DNA of 63,988 nucleotides, the filler included, from Polymyxa betae A26-41 (lineage: Eukaryota > Protista > Endomyxa: Phytomyxea), in NCBI GenBank assembly GCA_003693705.1. It is 7 parts of 7 records of this genome, joined end to end, with 100 filler letters (N's around TTAATTAATTAA, not from the genome) between each part and the next. Parts side by side here need not be neighbours in the genome. Positions count along the whole stretch, not along the records: positions 1 to 22,861 come from RBZT01000390.1; 6 more parts are not named here. The stretch is one strand, 5' to 3'. Every line of letters starts with the position of its first letter. Position 1 is the stretch's first letter. The notes below the pieces were generated by a model. That model made no database searches. It had not been told where the DNA came from and was given only the letters and a program-made list of their open reading frames with translations. Position numbers and translations under genes: made by a program. Positions 1 to 11,148 of the stretch are shown in pieces.

Positions 1-196
1 TCGGGCTGACAGCCGGAACAGCAGCAGAATTGAATAAGCTCTTGAGTCGACCGAACATTGGGAACAGCCAAAGAGGCGGAGAGAGATGGAGGGAGGGGAT
101 ACCCCTTGTATAGGAGAAACTCGCAGAAATAGTTGCGCGTACGAGTACTCGTACGCGCAACTATTTCTGCGAGTACTCGTACGCCTAGCAGGGTCG
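1..196. mobile_element. Right end of a Mutator-like (MULE) non-autonomous element; left end outside the window
   Basis: Ends in ...TACGCCTAGCAGGGTCG (196), matching the right terminus TACGTAGCAGGGTCG of the complete copy ending at 48815 and the CAGGGTCG end at 19543. Contains a perfect 56-bp palindrome at 119-174. Confidence 0.6.
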
Positions 197-223
197 AATT
201 GTGTATGTGTAACCGTAAACGTT

Positions 224-740
224 CTATCTTGCAGCCAATTGTATGTGAGTCGTGTAAGTTGGGGTGGTATTCCCAGCGCAATCATTGTTTTTTGAGGATG
301 ACGTGTTTAGGGAATCGGTCGTAATCGGTCGTAAAGTGAAGTCATAGAGAATGCAGCCGAATACATATTGCTGAATGTGCTGCTCCAACAGTAAAGCATG
401 AGCCTTATAAATGCCTGTGCTGTGATCTGTGAACTGACCAGGTCGGCAGCCAAATTGGGTTTTTGGCATATTGGCTTAGATAGCAAGCCTTATCCTCTAT
501 TGTATGGTTTGGTAATTTTAGAACTATTCGAGTGGATGCTGATGGGTCTGAAATCCCCTGCCTTATTCTTCGGCAGATCTCTGGCAACAGAGGAATATTC
601 CCCAGTCTTTAGATGGTTCTTTATTGCGGATATCAGAAGTTCGAAGAGCAGTGTCACGATGGATTTTTGCGAACAAGCGATGACCAGACGGCGCCCAGAA
701 GTACAAAGTAAGATTAGCTGGGAAAGGGTATTCCCAGCGA
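224..740 (-). pseudogene. Degenerate non-LTR (LINE) reverse transcriptase fragment
   Basis: Frame-shifted motifs LPKNKAGDFRPISI and QFGCRPGQFT...ILYDFT resemble non-LTR RT domains 1-3 (PKxxxxRPISL; QxGFRxGRST; LDxxKAFD). Confidence 0.7.
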
Positions 741-809
741 TACGGAGCTGATCATCATGAAACGTATTCTGCCGTTCTTGCACCAACTTCAAACTCACTC
801 TAACACTCC

Positions 810-3800
810 CCCTCGCTAAAGAGTCGTCTCGGCTTGTCGTCTTCGATTCTTTGCCGATGTCGGCGCCTTTAGCGTCTGTGATGTCTAGCTGAGCTGAGGT
901 GCCACGCTTCATGTTGAGGATCACGTCGCGATGCCGCGCATGTGCAGGTTGGTTTAACGGCTTCGTCAATATATCGGCGATCATTCTTTCTGTAGGGCAG
1001 TAATCGATTGCTATTCGTCCTTCTTCTTGCACTTTCTCGCGAATAAAATGATGTCAAACATCAATATGCTTTGTCCTCGACTTATTTGTGTTGTTCTGCT
1101 CCAACAATATGGCGCCTTGATTATCTTGGTAAATATAAGCTTGCTTTTTCTCAATCATTTTCAATTCTTTTAAGATATCTTGAATCCAAATTGCTTCTTT
1201 TGTAGCGTCGCTTGCCGCCATATATTCTGCTTCAGTTGTTGACAAGGACACTGATTTTTGTTTGCTTGATTTCCAGGATACTGTGTTGTCTCCTACTTTG
1301 AAGATCCAGCCTGTAGATGAATTCCTGTCGCTTGTGTCTCCGGCGTAATCACTGTCGGCCCATCCGCGAATTTTCAGATTGCTTCTTGTGAAATTTAGTC
1401 CAAGCTCAGTCGTTCCTTTCAGGTATTTGATCACTTTTTGAATTGCTTTCCATAAAATTCTTGTTGGTTTTGTAGCATGTCGACTTATCGAGTTCACAGC
1501 AAATGATAAATCTGGTCTTGTTGAATTCGCAAGGTACAACAATGATCCAAGAGCTTGTTTGATGGGGTAATTGTTGTCAGTGCTTTTGTTTCCGTTTTCA
1601 TCTTCATTTTCGAAAATACTTGCCATCGGTGTTGGGGATGGTTTGCTGTTTTCTTGACCGAATTTTCCCACAACGTGTTCTGCGTATTTCCGTTGACAGA
1701 GTTTCATGCCGCTGTCGGTCTTTATCACCTCAATTCCAAGAAACTCTTGAAGTAATCCCAAATCTTTCATCTTGAATTGTTTTCCCATTACTTGTGAAAT
1801 TTCTTTGATTTCTTTGTCGTCGTTTCCAGTCATCAATATGTCGTCCACATAGATTGCGATAATTGTTATTTTGTTGTTCCTATCTTTGTACCATATGCAT
1901 GGCTCTTTCTTTGATTGTTCGTAATCGTTTAATTTGATCAGTGTGAAGAGCTCTTGTTGCCATGCACGACCTGCCTGCTTCAACCCGTAAAGGGCTTTGT
2001 TGAGTAAGCATACTTTATCTTCGCTCCCGTGCTCAATGAAGCCTTCAGGTTGACGGATATAGATAGGAGTCAATAAAGGTGCATTTAGGTAAGCTGTCTT
2101 GAAATCCCGTTGATAAATCTTCCATTGATTGTTGACTGCTATAGTGATGAGGAGTCGAAGTGATTGTTGCTGAAGTACAGATACATATGTTTCATGATAA
2201 TCTATGCCGTAGATTTTCGAATAACCTTTGGCGACGAATCGGGCCTTGTATGTTTCAGTTCCGCCTTGAGTCTTCTTTATCGTAAACACCCATCTGCCAT
2301 CAATAGGTCTCACATTCTGTGGTCGTTCAACCAGAGTCCATGTCCCGTTTTCACGATGTGCTTCCATTTCTCGAACAGCTGCTTCATGCCATAATTTTCT
2401 GTCCGGTAGTTTCAAAGCAGCTTGGTAAGATTTCGGCCATGCTGACGATACATATTGCATGTTCATTTCGTGAATATCGGTATCCATAGCCAAAGGATCG
2501 TCGTCTTGTCGAAGATGATGATCATTAATTAGCCTATAACGAGAATGTTCGTCAAAAGAGACATCTCTTCTTACCACTACTTTCTTATCATGTAGCTGCT
2601 CGAGTACGTAACCTTTTTGGTAATGTGCATATCCAAGAAATATACATTTAATTGATGTAGGTTCGATTGAAGTTCGTAACGACTTGTCGATGTGAGCATA
2701 AGCTATACAGCCGAACGGTCTCATGTGATCGATATCTGGAATTCGCTTCATCCATATTGTAAACGGGGTTTTCCAGTCGATCGCTTTTGTCGGTAGTCGG
2801 TTTAACGTATAGGTTACGTATCGTACAGCGAAGGGCCAGTATTCGTGCGGTAGTAATGATTCAATCAGGACGCATCTTGCCATTGACATGATTGTTAGAT
2901 TCCTTCGTTCAGCTAGTCCGTTTTGTTGGGGACAGTACGGCACTGTACGCTGGTGTTTGATATTCTTCTGTAGTAAGAACATACTCATGTCCTTATTCAC
3001 ATATTCTGATCCGTTATCAGTTAACAGTGTTGTCATTCGCAGCCCTGTTTCGGATTGCGCATCAGTTAGAAAACGCCTTGTCGCGTCAAGAACTTTTTCT
3101 GCAGTCTTCTGCTTCAAGAAAATTATCCAGCACCATTTCGAAAATAGGCAATTAAAGGTGATATAAAATCGATATCCGCCTTTGCCGGTAGTTAATATTG
3201 GTACTTTCACGTCCGATGATATAATCTCGAACGCTCTTGTCGGTTGGGTCTGGCGTTCTACCGGAAACTTCTGTCGGCGTGATTTGCCTTGTGCACAACT
3301 ATCACAGAAATATGGAGTTTCATCTCCAATATCGATTCAGCTCGTTTCTTTCGCAATATGTTTCAGGCGTTCTAATGACGCGTGCCCATATCGCTTATGC
3401 GCCTGTAATATACTGATTGTTGAATTGGTTTCAGGTTGAACTCGATCAATGTAGTATAAGCCGTTATGCTGCTTCGCAGTGATAACAGTTTTGTCAAATT
3501 TGTCGGGAATGCGGAGCTGGTCGTTAATGATAATTGTGTAACCCTGCTCTGTAAACGATCGCGTTGCCAGTAACGTTTTTGTAATTGCCGGTACGTACAG
3601 TCCATTCCTAAGAACAATCGTGGGATCACAATTTAAAACTAGGTTACCTCTTCCGTAAGCCGGTGATCGTTCTCCATTGCTGCTTGTTACGAACACTAAT
3701 TTCGACAATATTTGAAATTCCTGAAAAACTGTTTTGTCATTTGTCATACTCACATTTGCGCCACTGTCAATCAAGTAGTCGCCATCGGTCGCAGTCTTCA

Positions 3801-4779
3801 TGTCCACGGTGTGGTATCCACTAAAGGACTCGTTGTCGGAGTCCGGCGCTTCATTATCGGAATCCGGAGTTTCTGAGTCGATCTCAGCAGAGGTGTGATT
3901 CGTGTTCTTGTCTTTTAATCACTTCTTGTTCTGAGCTCGTTGTTCGTTTTGTAGGATCCAGCATTTGTCCTTGCTGTGACGTGACGTTTTGCATCTGTTG
4001 CAGTATCGCTCTTGGAACTTTTAAAGCCACGTGTGCAAAGACTTGATCTCTGTATTCAGGTTTTTGATTTCCTCGTCCAGATTACCTGATGACCTGGTAG
4101 TTGCTCTGTCTTCTTGTTCAGCTGAAAGTAGCATGTTTGTCAACCTTGGTATGGTTGTAACTTGTGACGTTCTTGCTGCAGCCTTTATTTGATTGTAGGA
4201 GTCGGGTAATCCATCCAAAGCCTTTGTACAAAGTGATAATTCGCTCAGGCTGATGTCATAAACTCTCAAATCATGATATAATTCGACAATCTTGTCCAAA
4301 TACGATTTCATTGACTGCTGAGGTCTCTTTTCGAAATGTAAGAACTGTAAAAATAAATTTGATGCCTTCGATTCTGCAGTTTGGTCGTAAATCGTGCTCA
4401 ATCTTGCCCACATCTCACTTGTGGTCTTGCATGTTGAGACTTGCTTATACTGATCTTGTGGTAGCCTCATGAATATTTGAGCCTTTGCCAAATTGTCGTT
4501 CCTTGACTCCCAGTCATTCTCTGGGTTCGGCGCGTGCATCAGGAACGTTTCCAGGCCCATGATTGTATATTGTGTCTCAAGCTTCCTTTTGAATTCATCC
4601 CAGTTCTTTCCGTTGAACTCAGGGATTAATTTTAGGCCAGAATTGTACTTTGATAAGTCGACCTCTGCAGATAACCAGTGAACCGAGCGTTGTTGACTTC
4701 TGTTGTTCATCTGTGAGGTTTGCCGACTTTGGGGTTCAATTTGAGAATTGCGTCGTGCGTTGCTTCCAGATCGACCCAT
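810..4779 (-). pseudogene. Copia gag-pol polyprotein, single frame broken by 4 in-frame stops
   Basis: ORFs 4021-4779, 3337-3807, 1054-3210 and 490-1032 share one frame. Motifs: CNRCKTSRHSKDKC knuckle, LIDSGA protease, HKRYGH...CDSC, TDNGSEY and PQQNGLAERRN integrase, YVDD RT, DSDYAGD/STTEAEY/KHIDV/IADILTK RNase H. Confidence 0.95.
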
Positions 4780-4808
4780 ATTTTCGTAGAGTACTGGGAC
4801 TCTTAATC

Positions 4809-4967
4809 TGTTAAAATGTAGAGTAGATTGCTACAATATCACCGTTAATGTGTTTTTACAGAAGTGAGATTTTATTCCTGTTCATAGTTAACACATTCTT
4901 GCAATATTGTGCGTTTCATAGTTTACGCATATTGTTCTCCGTGCGACTGGTGTGACTCACTCTAACA
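4809..4967 (-). repeat. 5' LTR of the copia element (~159 bp)
   Basis: TG...CA termini with short inverted ends; adjacent PBS-like sequence precedes the gag ATG. Confidence 0.75.
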
Positions 4968-4978
4968 TGAGCACAATT

Positions 4979-5050
4979 GTCGCTATAGCACAGTGGTAGT
5001 GCACCCGCTTCGTAAGCGATAGGTCGCAGGTTCAATCCCTTCTGGCGGCA
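4979..5050 (+). tRNA. tRNA-Thr(CGT), possibly a decaying copy
   Basis: Acceptor stem GTCGCTA/TGGCGGC, D-arm A-box TAGCACAGTGG, anticodon loop TTCGTAA, B-box GGTTCAATCCC, T6 terminator at 5057-5062. Anticodon stem (CCCGC/GCGAT) and T stem have mismatches. Confidence 0.88.
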
Positions 5051-5490
5051 TTAAAGTTTTTTCGCATCCCTGGCTTTTTTGTTGCTGTGATTTCTCTCTG
5101 TCTTTCGAATCAGTGTTGCATTTGAGAGTTGAAGCGTCTCCTGAATTGAAAGAATCTGTACTTTTTTAATGGACTTGATTAGTTCGTTGACTCTTAACAG
5201 TTGTCAATTATCAACTGGCAGTATTGTTTCCTAAGCCTAGAGCTGTTACTAATACAACTAATTTTCTAGCGCAGATCACCCGGCTGTGTCTACTGTTGCA
5301 ATCTCATGGATTGACCCACTATCAAAATAGTGCGCCTATCGGAGAGATGAGTCACGAGTAGACTGTGATTCATCTTTCGATTTTCGGGAGAGAGGGCTCC
5401 GCCTCTACCCGTCATAGATATTTTTGTCTTCACGATCAATTTGGGTCAGAGGGCTGGTCGATTTCATTACACTTCTTGAACCTAGGGGTC

Positions 5491-6637
5491 ATGGCGTCTT
5501 GCAGCGTCTGCGATAAATGGTTTCGGACGGAGCACGCTTGTACTCAGCACGCTCGAGCCGTCCACTCCGAATGCCAATATTGCGATCGGTTCTTCTGGAA
5601 TGACAGTGCTACCCAGGCACACGAAGATCGGGCCCATTCCTGGGAATGCGATTACTGTAATTATGAGGCGGCGTGGGAATCTACACTTAACGAACATTTA
5701 TCATCTCAACGTAAAAGAACACATTTTTTTTGGGGTTCGTTTTTTTTCTCTTTATTGTTATAACATTTTCAGGGCACTAAAGCTCTGGTATTATTGAACA
5801 TTTAGGCAATTTTGAAGATTATTTTCAATTTTAATTATAATTTTCATTGTTTGGTTTCATTATTGACCCGGTTGGTAGATTCTGTCTGCATAACCTGCAA
5901 GAAGAAATTTAGAGCTCCATTCCATCTGCAGCAGCATCTCAACTCTGGTATTCATCAGAACGGGCCTACAACAACCTGTCCATTCTGTCAGCAACAGTTC
6001 CGCAAGTTCTCAGCACTGACCATGCATCTGGAGAATGGCAATTGCCCGAACAAGCCATTGACGAGAAATGATGTCAAACAGTATGTTCGTCATCGTGAAC
6101 ATCAGCTCAAAATGCCAGGGTTTGTGCTGTTAATTTTTACAAAACTTGTTCGTATCTCTTCAGCTTTGTTTTGCTGGTTGCTGCAATGTTCTTCTGCTTT
6201 GTCGTTTCACATTTTTGGGATCTTTTACGCCTGCTATTGAAGCGATTCTATCACCTAGCTTGCTTTTGACTGCTTTTTCTTGTTGTTTTTCTGTTGTTCT
6301 TCTTCCTTTTTTCTCTGTATTACTCCTCACAATGTTTCAAAGGACCATTCTGGCGCCCCGGATCACCTACCATAACAACGAAGTTCCGTCCCATGCCACG
6401 GTCGCCAGCTGGAATGGACGTGCGTATGAATGCTGCATCTGTTCTCGACAATTTCAGACGTTGGGCAATTTGAATGCGCATCTGATCAGCCATGAGCCCA
6501 AGGACTATCGATGCGCGTCGTGTGATCGCAGATTCAATGTTCTATCGGCAGTCATACAACATTGGGAGCTGAGCGGATGCGGATGTACTGTCTCACAAGC
6601 TGCCCGCGAACTGGCCCAGTTTCGTATCACCTTCTGA
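5491..6637 (+). CDS. Multi-C2H2 zinc-finger protein (3 exons, approx. 5491-5710, 5879-6119, 6343-6637)
   Basis: Repeated CxxC...HxxxH fingers (CSVCDKWF, CQYCDRFF, CDYC, CITCKKKF, CPFCQQQF, CCICSRQF, CASCDRRF) separated by T-rich GT-AG introns. Confidence 0.88.
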
Positions 6638-6888
6638 CCTGATAATGCATCTGTTTAGACAATCTGGGCCAGAGAGCTGGTCGCTTAATCTGCCTTTCAG
6701 AACTCACTTCGTAGAGCTTGCACTCTTTAATGTTTGAAAAAACTGCGCACACGAAGGTCATTTTTGGAAGGAATTCAAAACAAATGCGCGCACAAAGTCA
6801 TTTTAGGAAGATATTTCCCGACTAAAAATGTGCGCGCAGAATGTATCGTACACTACCTAGGTAGGCGATAGAGCGTGTTATCTAGGTT

Positions 6889-8346
6889 ATGATATCGGCA
6901 GACGACATCCACAGAACTGACAGTCTCCGGGGTCTACCCGATCACCTATTGGAGCTTGTGTTTGGATACCTGGGTGGGGACCGGTCGCTTGGCGTGCTGG
7001 CCCCGACCTGCCGCCACCTGCATGGACTGTGCCGTATTCCCAATCTGACGCGCGCTCTGGTTCATATGTCCGGCTCGGACGCCGTGTTCGCCGACTGTAT
7101 CCGCACGATCGCTGCCGCGAACCGACACAAACCCAGTCTGCAGCAGTTCGCGGACGCGATCCCCGTACAGGACGCCGTGGGCGTGTACGACCGGCTGGTG
7201 GCGAGCGCGGACCTCTCCGACCAGGCCAAACACGATCTGCTGCGTCTCCTGGTCACGGACGTCAGCCCCACGCGGTTCGCGCAGGTCGTACTGGCTCCGG
7301 GCCCGGCTCCCACGAAATCGTTCGCCGCCGAGCTGCTGGTGGGCTTGCCGGCCTCCGTCCGCGGTCCCGCGGAACCTGTCGGCGTACCCGCCCCGGTCAT
7401 CGACTGGATCGCGGAGAAAGCGCCGGATCTGGCGCTGTCCGGTCACGGTCATGCTGGCCTCCGGCGGGCTGTCGTTCAGCAGGTCCGCGATCGTTATCCG
7501 GCTCCGTTCCATTGTGTGTTTCCGAGACAGGCGGCGGTGGCCGCGTACCTGTTACGCAGAGCCGAGGCCATGTTCATGATGCCGTCGGCCGATGCGCCCT
7601 CTCTCAACCTGCTGTCCGATCCCGATGCCGTACTCGCCCTGCTCCGATGCGGCATCCGATTCGACCTGGCGCTGTTTCTGTCATCGGTTGGGTTGCCGGC
7701 GGACTGCGTGCCGCAGGTCGTACCGCTGCTTTTACCGCAGCCTCAGTTTGGCCTGTTTCATGCCCTGTCGTTGTGGTTGACGACCCCCGGAAAGCTGCGA
7801 CATGCGCGCGCTCTGTTTCGCATTCCGTCGTTTGTGCGTCAGATCCGTACGGACGCGGCCCAATTCGTGCAACATCTGCAGGCCTCGCTGAAATATAATC
7901 CGGTCGATTTCTATTCGGACTTGGCTCGATTCCCGGTTATGGCCGATATCATTAATATTCCCGATAAAGTGCGTGGTCAAACGCTGCTGCATGCTGCGGT
8001 CGAAGATGAGAAATTCGAGATTGTCGAGATTCTGGTCACGGTTCCAGATCTGAATTTCGAAAATCGCGACTCTGACGGGTGTAGCGTAATCAGCTGCATA
8101 TTTGAAAAGTGTCCAGACGCTATTATAAGGAGCCCCGGGTTTCAGTCCGTGATTGCATCACTGAGGTTTCCATTTATCAGTTACATTCAATCATTGATTA
8201 GTGAACGTCGAGCGGATCTTCTCACGAAACTCATTGATTCGCCATTTTACTGCAACATCCTGCGCCAACATAAATCTGAACTAGTCCACTGTGCTGATTA
8301 TGTTCGCAACAATTATGAAGTTTATACTATGCTCTCAAATATGTAA
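6889..8346 (+). CDS. F-box-like / ankyrin-repeat protein (485 aa, single exon)
   Basis: N-terminal LRGLPDHLLELVFGYL...LAPTCRHL F-box pattern; C-terminal ankyrin GQTLLHAAVEDEKFEIVEILV...NFENRDSDGCS. Confidence 0.8.
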   Translation: MISADDIHRTDSLRGLPDHLLELVFGYLGGDRSLGVLAPTCRHLHGLCRIPNLTRALVHMSGSDAVFADCIRTIAAANRHKPSLQQFADAIPVQDAVGVYDRLVASADLSDQAKHDLLRLLVTDVSPTRFAQVVLAPGPAPTKSFAAELLVGLPASVRGPAEPVGVPAPVIDWIAEKAPDLALSGHGHAGLRRAVVQQVRDRYPAPFHCVFPRQAAVAAYLLRRAEAMFMMPSADAPSLNLLSDPDAVLALLRCGIRFDLALFLSSVGLPADCVPQVVPLLLPQPQFGLFHALSLWLTTPGKLRHARALFRIPSFVRQIRTDAAQFVQHLQASLKYNPVDFYSDLARFPVMADIINIPDKVRGQTLLHAAVEDEKFEIVEILVTVPDLNFENRDSDGCSVISCIFEKCPDAIIRSPGFQSVIASLRFPFISYIQSLISERRADLLTKLIDSPFYCNILRQHKSELVHCADYVRNNYEVYTMLSNM

Positions 8347-8972
8347 CGTGCCTGAGAATTTCGATTTGCGACATCTCAATAATATGCATAAATTGTACTT
8401 AGAACATATTGCAAATCAGCGAATTTTCCATTAACACTATAAGATGATACTTGTGGCTGAATTCATCAAGCAATATCGAGATGCGTTGCTTCGTTCGAAT
8501 CCATGCTCAGATCAGACAGTCTCTGTATTTTGTTTGCTTCAGCAGTTCAGGACCCTCTGTATAAGCTGCCTTGCATTGATCGATAAATCAAGGTTCACCT
8601 TGATTTTGAGTTCCATATCCTCAATGCCAAATCAGATCAGAAACGGGTTGCTCTGATCGACTGCTGTAATAGCAAGTTTGAAGAGCGCAACCCGAACATT
8701 TCAGAGTCTGTAACTGAATGCTTGGAACCTCAATAGATAAATTTGGGCAACGCGCCAATTTCCCAAAAGAGAAATGCAAAAATCCAGCTGGTTGCCACAT
8801 AACAGAGCAATCAAATAGATAAAAGCAAGAACAATCTGATAAAAAAATGCTACTTTCGGCAAAAAACTCGAGCCATTTGTACGCACAAGTTTATATAAAC
8901 AGTCGGTTGGTCGACAGTGAAAAATGCCAATCCGATTAATCCGCCTAGTCCGTGAAATACAACGCCATATGA

Positions 8973-10808
8973 TTATTGGAATCGAACGTTCAGGTCTGCA
9001 GAGCGACCACGCGCTGCATCCACCATCATGGCGTAATCTTCGGGTCGGGCGGTTTGTTTGACGGCCTCGGGATCATCGCTCCAGCACACCAGCAACGTCC
9101 TATCCAAATCAAAACGGTCACAACAGGGCCAGTACGGCGGGCATGCAATCTGGACCGTACGCTGTAGCGGTTCGGATGGGTTGCAGCGCCACCCCCGACA
9201 TCATCACGGTCATCTGGAATGGGGATTGAAACCCTAAAACCCTGGATCGAATTCCTTCCACTTACAAAGGCCGAGGCGATCGCCAGCATGAGATCTTCGA
9301 TCCAATCATATTCCGATCGGAACTCCCGCTCCGGCTTCACTGCATCCAACGTCGCCGCTCTGTTCACCAGCAGCGTCAGTGATGGGGCGCGGCCTTCCGC
9401 AGATTTTGGTAACGAACATGGACAATACAGAGGCCACAAAAGTGACCATATTCAATACTGGATCAATAAGATTGTCATTAACGAGGGCGTTCAGTCCGGA
9501 CGATTTCAGTAATTGATTGGCGGACACCGCAGCGTCCTTCAGACTGCTCCCATACACGGCTACATAGCACAGCACATAGGTCCGGTACGACCTGGGGCGA
9601 CGATTATCAGCACGGCGGCCCCATCGGGCGTCCGGACAACTCCTTACCCGAATGCGGCGCCGAGGCAGAAGCGCACGCACCAGCCGATGACCGGGATCGT
9701 GATCAGGAAGAAGTTCACGGCCGACACCACGGACTGCGTCAGGGCGGCGCACGCTATCGACCCCAGCGACGTCGTACTGGAGCGACGCAGGGCCTGCCAC
9801 GTCCGACCCGCTGCGGACTCCGCGAAATAGAAACAGGAGGCCGCCACTCCGGCCGTCGTGCATTGCGCGATCATGGTCACGACTGTGCGCGATTATGGGT
9901 CAGTGACTGCAACGGACCAGTACGACGACGTCCTACGGACCTTGAACGAGATAAAGTTGCGCGGCGAGTCCGAAGTAGAACCCGGGCGACATGGCGTTGA
10001 CGAAGACGGCCCCGGCCATGTAGAGTCCGGCCACAACAACGGTCCCAGCAGCGGACAGGGCCAGTACGGACGGGTACTGGACCAGGCTGCGCGACGAGAT
10101 TCGCATTCTGTATAGAGGGGGGTGTGTGAGACAATCGCGTGACGGCGCAGTTGTTGATTCGTTACGTGGCGACAGCGAAGGGGATGCGCTTTGCTGAATA
10201 CAGATAGAAGCCAATAACAACTATTAGGACGACTATACCCCAGAAGATATCGAGAGATGCGATATAAAGTCCACATAATATTCCGAATATGAATACAGCC
10301 AATATGAAGAGATGTGGAAGGAAACATGCAAAGAACAATCTATTCATAACAACAATAAATCGTTAGTAAACCATTTGTTAGGGTTATACGGTTTGCAAAA
10401 TACAAAGATAAACCGAACTGGATTCTGCGTGAAAACATAAAGTATTCATAGACTCAGAAACTGAAAAATTGGAGTATGGTTAGGGTTAGGGTTTGTTGGC
10501 ACTCACGCAATGATTGCGGACGCCAACACAACGCCGAGGTCGATCAGAGCCACATAAACGATCATCTTCGCCCAAGGACCTTGGGCGGAGCTGTCGTCGA
10601 TCACGACCGAGACGAACACGACCACGCCCAGGACCAGTACGGCAATCCAGTTGCGATCGCGACACTGAGCCACGGCGTCCGGCGGCATGGTCAGCGCCGA
10701 CGCCCGCATCTCCATCTGCGGTTGCCGCCCGACCTCCAGCGGCACCACGACGTTCGCGGATTCGGCGCCATTCGACCTCGGCGAAGCCGACCGCATATTG
10801 GCCGCCAT
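8973..10808 (-). CDS. Choline-transporter-like (CTL/SLC44/PNS1 family) membrane protein, multi-exon
   Basis: CRDRNWIAVL N-terminal motif, KRIPFA, YVAVYGSSLKDAA, GLNALVNDNLIDPVL, TLLVCWSDDP. GT-AG introns at approx. 10506-10340, 10166-10108, 9266-9215 and others. Exon borders approximate. Confidence 0.85.
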
Positions 10809-11148
10809 CCGTTTTAATGAAGGTCGAGTACGACGACCATTCGCCCCAGTCTGACACTGACAGCAGATCCAGAATGGCTGTGACTCCAAATTTTTAACAG
10901 ACTGTTTTTTTCTGGAATTTTTTTTCCAAAAAATATTCAAATTTTGTTTCGGATTTTATCTGGATTTTCCAAAAATTGGGGTTTTCTCAGAGATTCTCTG
11001 AATCTTTTCCGAAAAAGGTTTTTTCGAAAAAATAGTTTTTTATTTTCGGAATTTTTTTTGGAGGGAATCGCATACGTCACTCCGTGAGTCACACAAAGAC
11101 AGGTCGAATGGGGTCATAGGGTCGGGCCCACGATCCAGATAATATTTA

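Larger units (their letters stand above)
750..4967 (-). mobile_element. Ty1/copia LTR retrotransposon, near full length; 3' LTR divergent or truncated
   Basis: Order is gag-PR-IN-RT-RH. 5' LTR 4809-4967 (TGTTAG...TTAACA on minus) is followed by a copia-type PBS-like GATTAAGAGTCCCAG. Polypurine tract AGGGGGAG at 806-813 (minus) is followed by TGTTAGAGTGAGT at 805. Confidence 0.93.

Noticed and set aside
490-1032. 180-aa ORF as a novel RNase H-RT fusion gene
   Set aside because: Accidental read-through from copia pol through the LTR remnant into a degenerate LINE fragment.
1054-4023. Stop-codon reassignment suggested by in-frame TGA/TAA
   Set aside because: Intact genes in the window end at TGA and TAA normally; the stops are best explained as point mutations in a TE.
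6946-7898. Long overlapping alternative-frame and antisense ORFs (also at 9.5-12.5 kb, 23.5-24.3 kb, 43.2-44.1 kb)
   Set aside because: Shadows of GC-rich coding sequence; Arg/Pro/Gly-rich with no motifs.
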